The position numbers were made by a program, and so were the translations under genes. Below, one piece after another: positions 47,289-56,572 of a DNA stretch of 64,000 nt. The notes below the pieces were generated by a model. That model was not told where the DNA came from. It saw nothing but the letters and a program-made list of their open reading frames with translations, and searched no databases. Numbering within the stretch: position 1 is the stretch's first letter; every line of letters starts with the position of its first letter. The DNA is from Candidatus Dojkabacteria bacterium (GTDB lineage: Bacteria; Patescibacteriota; Dojkabacteria; GCA-002793355), in contig CP129477.1 of assembly GCA_030583825.1 (NCBI GenBank), forward strand, positions 382,308 to 446,307, in the 5' to 3' direction.

Positions 47289-47780
47289 AACTTGGATGTA
47301 AAATTTTCCAGAGCTTTATATGACTTTACTGTTCATTATAAGCTAATCTACTATCCCAGTAAAGTTATTGAGTTCATTTCGGACACCATCGGATTGCCGA
47401 TTCTTTTTATTCTCTATGCACAAGCTGGTGCACCGGCTCCAATCACATTTGCAACCTATGTTCTCTTTTTCATGCTTATTGCGGAACTTTTTGTAAAACG
47501 TTTATTCAAAAGAAAGCGCCCGGAATGGACATTCATGCTCGGATTCGCATTTCCATCATCTCACTCGTTACTTGCGACAATTTGCTTCACAGTACTGCTC
47601 TTTGTTCCGATCCCATTAAAACCACTCTTTCTTGGATTTCTCTTCCTTATCCCGCTTAACCGCATCATGTTGGGACATCACTATATCGCCGATGTCATTA
47701 TGGGCGTAATGCTAGGAGCACTTGCTGGAATACTGTGGCTGCTGGGATTGCCGCTTATGCTGCATTTTATGCTTCCGTAA
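47187..47780 (+). CDS. PAP2-family lipid phosphatase. The start is uncertain; the longest ORF begins at 47073.
   Basis: PAP2 motifs KRKRPEW (KxxxxxxRP), PSSHS (PSGH) and NRIMLGHHYIADV (SRxxxxxHxxxD). It is divergent from the UbiA gene, and the 5' ends overlap. Confidence 0.7.
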   Translation: MSTPEQRKEDVNVAVPFGYSHFSQNIFKLYDNIHNLDVKFSRALYDFTVHYKLIYYPSKVIEFISDTIGLPILFILYAQAGAPAPITFATYVLFFMLIAELFVKRLFKRKRPEWTFMLGFAFPSSHSLLATICFTVLLFVPIPLKPLFLGFLFLIPLNRIMLGHHYIADVIMGVMLGALAGILWLLGLPLMLHFMLP

Positions 47781-47815
47781 AACAGGTTACTCTCTAAATA
47801 ACCAATGGGGATACT

Positions 47816-48400
47816 CTAGTTACCAAAGATCGCGCCGAGAATTCCGTTAATAATCGCAGCAATCAAGTCAAACAATGGAGAAAGGAAAGAATCTCCATTT
47901 CCTGTTACTGGCGGAGGATTGGTTCCTCCTGTGACATTAATCTTACAAAAGTCACTCAACTCTTTTTCAGTATCAATATATCCGTTTGGTTCGCGAAGTA
48001 ACACAGGGAATTCGCCGAATTCTTCGATTCTGACACTCCCCGGCAGAATAAATACGTATTTCACATTGTTTTTAAGGTATCCATAGCTGCGAAATTCAGA
48101 AACATAGTCAAACGTTGGATAGAGAGGATCGCGACAACCTCGATTCATTTCAAACCGAAAGCCGTTTCCGGTAACGGTCGGTGTCGCAAAGCCAATAAAT
48201 GTGTTTTTTACAATAAGTTCAATACGCTGCGGAACCGGTTCGCCACTCTGAATAATTTGGAAATCTACGGAAAAGCGCTCATTCGACATGTACGGAGTTG
48301 TTGTCTCGCGGTAGCGGTCAACTGCACTGGCAGTTGGAATCGTCATTGCCAACAAAGTTCCTGTGAAAAGTGTAAAGAGTAAGTAAAAAACTTTCTTCAT
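47816..48400 (-). CDS. Hypothetical secreted protein with a signal peptide.
   Basis: N-terminal MKKVFYLLFTLFTGTLLAMTIPTASA signal peptide. C-terminal Gly/Ile-rich tail. No recognised domain. Confidence 0.5.
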   Translation of the reverse strand: MKKVFYLLFTLFTGTLLAMTIPTASAVDRYRETTTPYMSNERFSVDFQIIQSGEPVPQRIELIVKNTFIGFATPTVTGNGFRFEMNRGCRDPLYPTFDYVSEFRSYGYLKNNVKYVFILPGSVRIEEFGEFPVLLREPNGYIDTEKELSDFCKINVTGGTNPPPVTGNGDSFLSPLFDLIAAIINGILGAIFGN

Positions 48401-48409
48401 ATATGTATT

Positions 48410-49915
48410 TTACCCTAAAAATTGCAAAGGCACCTCAATCGAGATCACCTTTTTCGTTGGATGCTCAATTGGCGTCACTTTATACTCAAGACTCATACTT
48501 ACAGCATCGAACGTTGGGAACAAAATCACAACGTTATCGCGATTTGCTGTTTCAACGAATTTATCAATTGTCGCACGTAGTCTGCGAGGATCTTTCGGCT
48601 TATTAATAATTGTTCCAAAAACATAATCTCCACGCTCGAATACCAAATCTACGCGGTGACCTGCATAATCCTGCCAATAATACACTTGAGGAACACTATC
48701 AAGAGAGCTAAAGTATGCAAGTAATGTGCCAAGAAGCCAACTTCCTATAATTTTACTGAATGTATCTGGGCGAATCATTTCCTGAATTGATGTCACGTAC
48801 GACAAATTGTTTAAAACACCGGTATCAAGGTAATACAACATAATGCTTTTCGTTGTTTCTTCTTGTGCTTCGCCTTTTCGAAGGTATGGATATACTTTTT
48901 TAATAAGGTAGGTATTTTCGAGCAAATCAAGGTACTTATACAAACTTGGACGTGAAATTCCCACTTCTTTACTCACCTGGTTAATGTTCAATGTCTCGCC
49001 ATTTTGCTGTGCGAATGACTGTAGGCTTAGGCCAAATAGCTCTAAATCCAAGTTACGGGCCACTGCACCAATTTCCTTTTCAAGGTATACAGAGATATAG
49101 CTTTTGATCATTTTCATTCTGTCCTCGATTGGGCTGGTGATAATGCGGGGAAGTCCCCCATAAAAGAGATTTTCAACAACTGTTGCGGTTGCTTCTTTTG
49201 CAACCATCTTTAATGCTGAGTGTTTTTGCGGAAAATATTCGTTAAGAAATGCAACAAATTTCTCAAACGTGTCTGTTTTTGGTTTTCCCTGTAATTGGGC
49301 AAGGATTGCGTCATCGCCGGTTACGGTAGAGTCAAAGTGCTCATCAATATGTTCAAAAAGATCGCCAAAGAAATTAATTTTCTGCGATGTTTTTGCCGCT
49401 AATAGCTCGCTGTACACAAACGGATACACCGTTATGTGCTCTACTCGTCCTGCGAGCGTTTCTGCCGCCATGTTAGTAATTCCAATAGAGGAAGAGCCTG
49501 TGAGAATAAATTTGATATTATTACTATTCTGGTCGAAAATTTGCTTTACCCAATCGAAAAGCTGCGGCATTTTCTGGACTTCATCTATAAAAATGAATAC
49601 CTTTTTGCTTGATTTTTCGAGTGAGTTGCCTAAAGAAAGTTCCACGTCTTTTTGAATGTAGCGGATGTCTTTTTTCAGATAACCACGAAGCTGAATATCG
49701 TCTAAAACGTAAAAAAACGAGTTTTGAGAAACTTGAAATGTACCGTCATCTTTGGCATCTACTTGTTTTTCTTTCTTCACAAATTCCTGTGCCATGTTCA
49801 TTAAAGTGCTTTTTCCAACCTGACGAGGCCCAATAATCATGGTCACAAGGTTTGATTCGAGAGACTCAATTATTTTTTCGTGAATAGCACGTTCAAGATA
49901 GCCTTTCATATTCAA
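48410..49915 (-). CDS. AAA+ ATPase of the AAA_14 + DUF4143 (COG1373) type.
   Basis: Walker A MIIGPRQVGKSTLM, Walker B FIFIDEVQ, and a C-terminal DUF4143-like region (HRVDLVFERGD). Confidence 0.7.
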   Translation of the reverse strand: MNMKGYLERAIHEKIIESLESNLVTMIIGPRQVGKSTLMNMAQEFVKKEKQVDAKDDGTFQVSQNSFFYVLDDIQLRGYLKKDIRYIQKDVELSLGNSLEKSSKKVFIFIDEVQKMPQLFDWVKQIFDQNSNNIKFILTGSSSIGITNMAAETLAGRVEHITVYPFVYSELLAAKTSQKINFFGDLFEHIDEHFDSTVTGDDAILAQLQGKPKTDTFEKFVAFLNEYFPQKHSALKMVAKEATATVVENLFYGGLPRIITSPIEDRMKMIKSYISVYLEKEIGAVARNLDLELFGLSLQSFAQQNGETLNINQVSKEVGISRPSLYKYLDLLENTYLIKKVYPYLRKGEAQEETTKSIMLYYLDTGVLNNLSYVTSIQEMIRPDTFSKIIGSWLLGTLLAYFSSLDSVPQVYYWQDYAGHRVDLVFERGDYVFGTIINKPKDPRRLRATIDKFVETANRDNVVILFPTFDAVSMSLEYKVTPIEHPTKKVISIEVPLQFLG

Positions 49916-50096
49916 TTATAGCGTAAAAAATATACTTGGGCAGTTCTTTTTTCTCGTGAACTATGTCAACACTTTCTGAAAACATTGTGGTTTCCGCGAG
50001 AACGGTAATACCAGACAAAACAGCGAAAAAAGGTATTACTCAAGGTATCATACTCCACTCTACGTGTAAAGCGAGATATTGGCAGATGCCGAATGA

Positions 50097-51710
50097 TTGC
50101 GTACAATAGAGATTATGAGAGTCATGCTTGCAAAACCTGAAAAAGGAAACCCATTACAGATTGTCTTTACTTTGCTGCTTTTAGTCGTTCCTATCGTATT
50201 TATTGCAGGTGCAGTGTATTTTATTATTCAGGTGCGAAATGACTCAGTGATTATTACTCCAGAGCGACACATCGTTGGAAATGTGACCGCCGCAAGCGCG
50301 ACAATCGCGTGGACAACGCCAAATGGTGAAGCTATTGGATCAGTTATGTGGGGAACAAGTGAATCTCTCAGTAATACCGAAGGTGACATTCGCAATAACA
50401 CGAACGGAAAAACAGATAAACGAAACACTCATATCGTAACAATTGAGAATTTATCCCCAAATACAACGTATTATTATCGAATAAAAGTTGGATCAACTGT
50501 GTATCCATCGGCAGATGAAGCTCCATTTTCGTTTACGACAATTCCGCTGCGTACGCAATCAACCTCACAGCCTGTGTCAATTTACGGCAATGTTACAAAT
50601 GTTACTGACGACGATATTATTGTCTCTGCAATGGTGAGCAATGGTACTCAAAACTCGTTTCCGCTTATTACGTACCCGAAAACTGATGGATCCTGGTACA
50701 TTGATATTAGCAAAGCAGTTTCTACTGCAGCATTACAGCCTATGACTGTGACTAATAAGCATAGTGTGACGGTCAACTTTGATACTTCCGATTCAGGAAA
50801 TAGCGTCATTGCCTCTGCAGAAAGCTCTCCACTAAGAACTGGGCTTATCACTGCGTATATGTTTGATACTTCAACTGCAGAGAAAATTACTCCTACCCCA
50901 ACACCGACAATAACTGCGCCGATTATTACTCCGGCGCAACCAACGGGAAGCGTTACGCCAACTCCAACAGTGACACAACAATTCACATCTGGAACAGTTT
51001 CCCCATCAGAAAGTAGCGGCACCGGCGTTTTCAATTTTGCCGCGCTCAAACAAGATATTTCTCTTTCAACTGGCCAATCCCCAACATTGGGCGAAAAAAC
51101 AGTTTCCGGATCACATATCGCATTCTCTTTGTATAAAACTCCGGTACTTACGAATATTACAGATACATCGCTCAGCATTTTTTGGATCACCGAAGCAAAA
51201 GAAGCAAGCGATATTGTGCATGCACAGACAAACTCATCAGGCTCAACAAAAGTTATTGACGATAGAGACGGCTCAATTTCTAAACAGCATCGGATTCATC
51301 ATGTTACGCTAAAGAAGCTGACCGCAAATACAGGGTATTCCTATACATATGGGCAAAATTCTTCGTCACGACAATTTAGTTCTCCAAAAACACTGCAGGT
51401 ACAGCCATCGTTTCAGAATATTTCTGGCTCGTTAAACACTTTTGCAGGTGAATGTGTAATGTTTACCCAACTCAGTCGTGGCAATCAAAAGTCAAGCAAA
51501 ATTTCGACACTATTACAGACAAAGGACTGGATCTTAAATATTGGGCCTGTTCGTACTGAAGATTTGTCACAGTTCTTTGCTCCTCAATCATCAGATATTG
51601 TCACATTTGATGTGTATTGTATTCAGGAAAATCTCTCGGTACTTTCGGGAACAAAAAGCATGCCTGTTGGAACAGCGATTGGAAGTTCTGTTTCTATTGA
51701 TATTCAATAA
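50097..51710 (+). CDS. Membrane-anchored surface protein with two FN3 (purple-acid-phosphatase-N-like) domains and a TP-rich linker.
   Basis: N-terminal TM, then FN3-like TIAWTTPNGEAIGSVMWG...THIVTIENLSPNTTYYYRI and a second LSIFWITEAK...HHVTLKKLTANTGYSY. Linker TPTPTPTITAPIITP...TPTPTVT. The C-terminal domain is paralogous to ORF 63356..63931. Confidence 0.6.
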   Translation: MRTIEIMRVMLAKPEKGNPLQIVFTLLLLVVPIVFIAGAVYFIIQVRNDSVIITPERHIVGNVTAASATIAWTTPNGEAIGSVMWGTSESLSNTEGDIRNNTNGKTDKRNTHIVTIENLSPNTTYYYRIKVGSTVYPSADEAPFSFTTIPLRTQSTSQPVSIYGNVTNVTDDDIIVSAMVSNGTQNSFPLITYPKTDGSWYIDISKAVSTAALQPMTVTNKHSVTVNFDTSDSGNSVIASAESSPLRTGLITAYMFDTSTAEKITPTPTPTITAPIITPAQPTGSVTPTPTVTQQFTSGTVSPSESSGTGVFNFAALKQDISLSTGQSPTLGEKTVSGSHIAFSLYKTPVLTNITDTSLSIFWITEAKEASDIVHAQTNSSGSTKVIDDRDGSISKQHRIHHVTLKKLTANTGYSYTYGQNSSSRQFSSPKTLQVQPSFQNISGSLNTFAGECVMFTQLSRGNQKSSKISTLLQTKDWILNIGPVRTEDLSQFFAPQSSDIVTFDVYCIQENLSVLSGTKSMPVGTAIGSSVSIDIQ

Positions 51711-51762
51711 TAATTCCCATCTTCTTTATCAAAAGATTAATTCGGCAGAATTACCGAATTAG

Positions 51763-52515
51763 TTAGTCGCGGACAAGCACTCTGCTCTGAAACGATCGTG
51801 GGCGATGAATAAATGCATAAATACCGATAGCAAGAATCATTCCTCCTCCTGCCGTAATAAGGAGCATCAATGGCGAAACTCCTAAATCATCCGGTGGCTG
51901 TGGGATTGGCGTTGTTGGTGTTACTCCTGAAGAGACAGTAATTTCCCCATTTGTAGGAGCAACGAGAATAAATTGCGTTGGACTGTTGTTATCCATTATT
52001 GCAGAGTTCTGAACGTCGTTTGTGCCGGAATATCTGAACTGCAAATCACTTGCGCCTGCTTTTCTCCCTCGAAATTGCACTGTAAAAAAAGTTGCCTGAG
52101 TTGCCGTAAGCTGTGGATATGCACAGTCAGTTGTACCATCGGAAAATCCGGTCACCATAATAACACCCTGGGTATTGTCAGAAGCATATGAAGCGCTGTC
52201 AGTGGGATAGGTACAGAAAATCGAGCCGGCAACAACATCAGTTATTTCAAGGATTTCTGGATCAAACTGCAACACCGCTTTTGCATAGCTCGCCTGCTTC
52301 GGCGTTGAAGAAGAGAGAGAAACAACAACATTAACAGTTTGGCCCGGAGTTATCGTAGGATTTTGTGGGTTTAAAGTCATTGCAGCAGTCTGCTGAGTAG
52401 ACTGAGCAAAAATAGGAGAAATAGCAAAAAACAACGAGAAAATAGCACAAGCGGCAGTAATCCATACTTTATGAAAACGCGGCAGATTCATACGATATAC
52501 TAGCACGAATACCAT
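51763..52515 (-). CDS. Secreted protein with a C-terminal TM anchor (cohesin-like beta-sandwich?).
   Basis: N-terminal signal/anchor, a beta-rich central region, PT-rich stalk (TPTTPIPQPPDD) and a C-terminal hydrophobic helix plus basic tail (HRPRSFQSRVLVRD). Confidence 0.4.
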   Translation of the reverse strand: MVFVLVYRMNLPRFHKVWITAACAIFSLFFAISPIFAQSTQQTAAMTLNPQNPTITPGQTVNVVVSLSSSTPKQASYAKAVLQFDPEILEITDVVAGSIFCTYPTDSASYASDNTQGVIMVTGFSDGTTDCAYPQLTATQATFFTVQFRGRKAGASDLQFRYSGTNDVQNSAIMDNNSPTQFILVAPTNGEITVSSGVTPTTPIPQPPDDLGVSPLMLLITAGGGMILAIGIYAFIHRPRSFQSRVLVRD

Positions 52516-52583
52516 TCATGTGCTACTTCAGCTCATTGCACGATAGCTAGTTGAAGTATTACACCGAGATGCAATAATACAGA

Positions 52584-53432
52584 ATGCCGTCATTTAATTA
52601 CAAGAAAAAATTTGGACAACACTTTTTGCGCTTCTTCCCTGCAGAACTCACAGACGATGTGCTGCAGCTTTCTGAAGAAACAGAGCTGCACATTGTTGAA
52701 ATCGGCCCAGGAAACGGAGCATTGACTATTCCTCTCCTGCAGGAGCTTACCAAAAAGTTCACCAACATTACGTATCATTGTGTTGATATAGATAGCGAAG
52801 CGTTATCGGCAGTAAAAGAGCGTATTTCTGAAGTATCTGAGGCAATGACTGTTAAAGTCGAATATCATTTGCAAGATGTTCTTACTGTAATGTTGCAGGA
52901 TTTTCACATTGAAAATGGCGCGTTGTTGCTGCTGGGATCACTACCCTACAATATTTCTAAGCAAATTATTTCATGGACATTTAGAGAACTTTCTACTTTG
53001 GACAGAAATATCACAATATTGCCCGTCAACTACATCATTCAAAAAGAAGTCGCAGACGTTTATTTGTCTACCCCCCCTGATGCAGATTTTTTAAGCCACA
53101 CCATGAGATTGTTTGCCGACCGTGCAGAAAACCTTCGGATATTACCACCAGGAGCGTTTGTTCCTCCACCTAAAGTGACCAGTGCTCTATTGCATATTGT
53201 TCCAAAGAAACTTGGACAGAAAGAGCATGAAGAAATTGAAAAAGTCGGGCAATTCATAAAAAAGTGCTTTAACTTTCCGAGAAAAAAGCTTGCTTTTGCA
53301 TTGAGCAAACACTTTTCTCATGTGAAATGGCCAGAAAACGTAGAAGAAGTTATGCAAAAACGACCTCAAGAAGTAACAACCGATGAATTCCTCGAACTTT
53401 TTAGAGTAATGATCACAACAATCGCCCAATAA
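52584..53432 (+). CDS. ksgA: 16S rRNA (adenine1518/1519-N6)-dimethyltransferase.
   Basis: KKKFGQHFL and the SAM motif VEIGPGNGALT, 282 aa. Confidence 0.9.
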   Translation: MPSFNYKKKFGQHFLRFFPAELTDDVLQLSEETELHIVEIGPGNGALTIPLLQELTKKFTNITYHCVDIDSEALSAVKERISEVSEAMTVKVEYHLQDVLTVMLQDFHIENGALLLLGSLPYNISKQIISWTFRELSTLDRNITILPVNYIIQKEVADVYLSTPPDADFLSHTMRLFADRAENLRILPPGAFVPPPKVTSALLHIVPKKLGQKEHEEIEKVGQFIKKCFNFPRKKLAFALSKHFSHVKWPENVEEVMQKRPQEVTTDEFLELFRVMITTIAQ

Positions 53433-53844
53433 TTTGCATTGTTTCAGAGATGAGCCGAACATCTTCAGCGCTAAGCTGTCTATCTTCGTGAACTACTTTA
53501 TTTCGCACAAGGTGCATTGCTTTTATGACTTTGAACTCTTCGTAAGTAATGACTTTTTTCTGCATTGCTTGGCGAATTTTCTGATTAACACTTGGATCAC
53601 TGCATCCATATGCTTCAAAAACGTGCCCAATCAAGTTGTCAAAGCGAGAAATAACCTTTTGAAGCTTTAATTGCTGTAATTCGTGTTGCGTCTCGCTCAC
53701 TGCTTGGGAGAATTCTTGATAAATGACTTTGTACTTTGCGTTTAGATCCGCTAAACCGGTCTTCATCGTACGTGGAATAACAATGCCTACCAACAAAACG
53801 ACAATGACAAGTCCAACAATTGCGATAAAAATTGTTGTGTACAT
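53413..53844 (-). CDS. TM-anchored HEPN-like (DUF4145-type) protein.
   Basis: N-terminal TM helix (IFIAIVGLVIVVLLVGIVI). C-terminal helical domain with an Rx4H motif (LVRNKVVHE) like DUF4145/HEPN. The start forms a TAATG overlap with the uppS stop. Confidence 0.4.
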   Translation of the reverse strand: MYTTIFIAIVGLVIVVLLVGIVIPRTMKTGLADLNAKYKVIYQEFSQAVSETQHELQQLKLQKVISRFDNLIGHVFEAYGCSDPSVNQKIRQAMQKKVITYEEFKVIKAMHLVRNKVVHEDRQLSAEDVRLISETMQIIGRLL

Positions 53845-54554
53845 TAGCCTCCTCCAAATCTGCGCTGACGATTGTAGTAATCCTCAACAATAGTAAGTAA
53901 GTCTTCTTTGGTTAATTCAGGGAATTTTTTGTCCAGAAATTCAAGCTCTGCATACACTGACTGATACGGCATAATGCCACTTAATCGCTTTTCACCTGAG
54001 GTTCGCAAAATTAAGTCAGGGTCAGGAATTCGCAAGGTAGTATCCAAATATTCTTTAAACTTTTCTTCAGATACTTCGTCGGGAAGTTTGCCTGCTTTGG
54101 CATCTGCAACGATAGTGTTAACTGCACGAATAATTTCGTTTCGTCCACCGTAATCGAGGGCTACTTGGTAGTTCCATTCTGTAAAGTGAGCAGTTGCATC
54201 TTCTACTTCTGCAATTTTTCTGCGAAGATTTTCAGGCAAACGATCCTTTCTTCCCAGATGAGTAAATCGAATTTCATACTTGATTAAATCATTTTTCTTT
54301 GAATCAAGTAGCTGGTAAAAAAGCTCCATAAGAAACTTAACTTCAGCCTCGTCGCGTTTCCAGTTCTCAGTTGAAAAGCCCCACATTGTTAAAAAGTGGA
54401 TCTCTTTTTCTTTGCAGACCTGTAAAATCATATCCAAATTATTAGCGCCTTTTCGGTGACCTTCCCATGCCGGAACACCGGAGTTTTTTGCCCATCGGCG
54501 ATTCCCATCCGGGATAATAACAAGGTGGTTTAAAGGCACAATTTCATTACTCAT
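53844..54554 (-). CDS. uppS: Undecaprenyl-diphosphate synthase (cis-prenyltransferase).
   Basis: HLVIIPDGNRRWAK and FTHLGRKDRLPENL...LILRTSGEKRLSG motifs. Confidence 0.95.
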   Translation of the reverse strand: MSNEIVPLNHLVIIPDGNRRWAKNSGVPAWEGHRKGANNLDMILQVCKEKEIHFLTMWGFSTENWKRDEAEVKFLMELFYQLLDSKKNDLIKYEIRFTHLGRKDRLPENLRRKIAEVEDATAHFTEWNYQVALDYGGRNEIIRAVNTIVADAKAGKLPDEVSEEKFKEYLDTTLRIPDPDLILRTSGEKRLSGIMPYQSVYAELEFLDKKFPELTKEDLLTIVEDYYNRQRRFGGG

Positions 54555-54660
54555 AATCTAACATCCCCCAAATATTATGTACGTGGCAGAATATGTACCA
54601 CGATTATATACGATGGTACGAATGATGAGTAGTATGAGGTCTTTTACCTACTCTTTTCGG

Positions 54661-56487
54661 TTACAGTGTACTTAATCGCTGTAATTCTTTCAACGAAGTC
54701 GCATCTATGGGCTTTTTTTCGCGAAATTTCATAAACCTTGGAAAACGCAATGCTAAACCAGACGTGTGCAACGGGCTTTTTGTAATCTCATCGGCTTCGA
54801 CTTCAACAACTAGCTCGGGGAACATCCATTTATGGGGAATTAACGATTTTGGAACACTTACTTGCTGAGGCTGTTCTGCAACAACAAATTCATCGCACTT
54901 TCGCTTAATCTCCTGCCATATTTCATCTGTAATTCCCGTTCCGATTTTTGTCACTGACACAAACATATCTTTTTCTTCGTCGTATAGGCCGGCCAAGAGT
55001 GCACCAATTCCAAACTTTGCAAGCCTTCCTTCGCCAAAGTAATAGCCCAACAATACGAGGTCAACGGTATCTGCAAGCTCTTTTTTCATTGCGCGCTTAA
55101 ACTTGATCCATTCGAAATTACGAACACCTGGCTCATATTTGCCTGCTCCATTTTTGAAAATGACTCCTTCCAACCCTTCTGCAACATATTCCATAAAGAT
55201 TTTATCTGCTTCGACAATATCGGTGGTGATATGAAATGGAGTTTTGGTAAATACATAGCTTTTTTCCTGGACATCAAGAAATGAAAGTAATGCTTTTCTC
55301 TCTGCCAACGGAAGAGACATGCATTCGCTTGTTTCTTTGTACAAAATGTCAAACACAAAAATTCTTACCGGTACCGAAGTTTGCGCATCTCCAATGTTAT
55401 GCTTTCTTCGACGCGTCATTGTTTCCTGGTAGGTCATGAATTGCTCGACAGCATCGTTATATCCAATAACTTCTCCGTCCAGAACCAGCCCGTTGCTATT
55501 CGTCCCATGAACTTTATCAAATCGCTCAATCAAAGTTTTTGCTGCTTCTGTAATTTCAGGAAACATGTTGGTCATATCCTCAAGATTGCGGGAATATAAC
55601 TTTACTTCAATATCTTGTGTTAATACCGGAAGCAGTGTTGCTGGCTCTTCCTCTTCAAGGTAAGCAAACCACACTCTATCACCAAAAGACTTTTGCTTCA
55701 CTTCTTCTTTAAAAACATGCACCTGGATACGTAATCCATCGTATTTAGGCTCAATATACGGCTCTGGAATACGTGCAAAGACATCTTCTACTGTAGACTC
55801 TCTTTCTACTAACTTGGAAGCAACAGGAACTCCTGGAACAAAAGAAATATTTTCAATTCCTTCGCGACCCTTTGTTTTGTATGTGTATGCGATATAGCCT
55901 ACATCGCTGACCATTCCCGACGCTTTTCGCAATATTTCTGAAAATACTTTTGGATCTTCTTCATATGTTGCAATTGCATCAAGGATTGTTTTGTCACTCG
56001 CGCCAAGTCTGAGTTTTCCATTCAGAATGCGAAGCATATACTTTCCGGTTTTTGCATCTAATTTTTCTAAGAATGTTCTAATCGCAAGTTGCTTTGCCTG
56101 CTGCGATCCTTTTCCTGTAATTTTTGCAATATCCCACAACGTGACATACGCCTCTGTAACGGTGAATATTTCCAATTTTTCGTTTACAGCAAATTGTGCA
56201 AATACTGATCCTGCATCACCAGCTTGAGACATTGCCTGAGTAAAGACCTCGTCTGAAAGATTTAGTGTTTCTTTTACGACCTTTTCGAGTGTTTTTCCTG
56301 CGATTTGAAACTCCACAGGTACAAAGTCTGGCGTAAGCCTTCCAAGAAGAAGATATGTCGTCATTGCTGCCTCTTCAGCCGAAAGCTCTTTGTATAGATT
56401 TGCGGCTATATCGCGCATTTCAAGGCGTCCAGATGTCTGTTCGATTTTTTCGAAATGGGAAATAACGAAAGAAAGTGTTTCTAGCAT
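54661..56487 (-). CDS. ATP-dependent DNA ligase (Lig1/archaeal-type).
   Basis: Adenylation motif I KYDGLRIQVH, N-terminal DNA-binding domain, OB-fold C-terminus, 608 aa. Confidence 0.9.
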   Translation of the reverse strand: MLETLSFVISHFEKIEQTSGRLEMRDIAANLYKELSAEEAAMTTYLLLGRLTPDFVPVEFQIAGKTLEKVVKETLNLSDEVFTQAMSQAGDAGSVFAQFAVNEKLEIFTVTEAYVTLWDIAKITGKGSQQAKQLAIRTFLEKLDAKTGKYMLRILNGKLRLGASDKTILDAIATYEEDPKVFSEILRKASGMVSDVGYIAYTYKTKGREGIENISFVPGVPVASKLVERESTVEDVFARIPEPYIEPKYDGLRIQVHVFKEEVKQKSFGDRVWFAYLEEEEPATLLPVLTQDIEVKLYSRNLEDMTNMFPEITEAAKTLIERFDKVHGTNSNGLVLDGEVIGYNDAVEQFMTYQETMTRRRKHNIGDAQTSVPVRIFVFDILYKETSECMSLPLAERKALLSFLDVQEKSYVFTKTPFHITTDIVEADKIFMEYVAEGLEGVIFKNGAGKYEPGVRNFEWIKFKRAMKKELADTVDLVLLGYYFGEGRLAKFGIGALLAGLYDEEKDMFVSVTKIGTGITDEIWQEIKRKCDEFVVAEQPQQVSVPKSLIPHKWMFPELVVEVEADEITKSPLHTSGLALRFPRFMKFREKKPIDATSLKELQRLSTL

Positions 56488-56572
56488 GGATGATTATACT
56501 TGGTTTTTACCACTTTAAGAAAACCTTAAAAATTACGATTGCGTCATCACAAATCCTGTAATACAATATCTC

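Noticed and set aside
50648-51190. 180-aa minus-strand ORF inside the FN3 surface protein gene.
   Set aside because: Antisense shadow of the TP-rich linker region (it reads as GVGV repeats). Not a real gene.
53060-53462. Minus-strand ORFs 53060..53308 and 53187..53462 inside ksgA.
   Set aside because: Antisense to a well-supported ksgA gene, with no motifs. Spurious.
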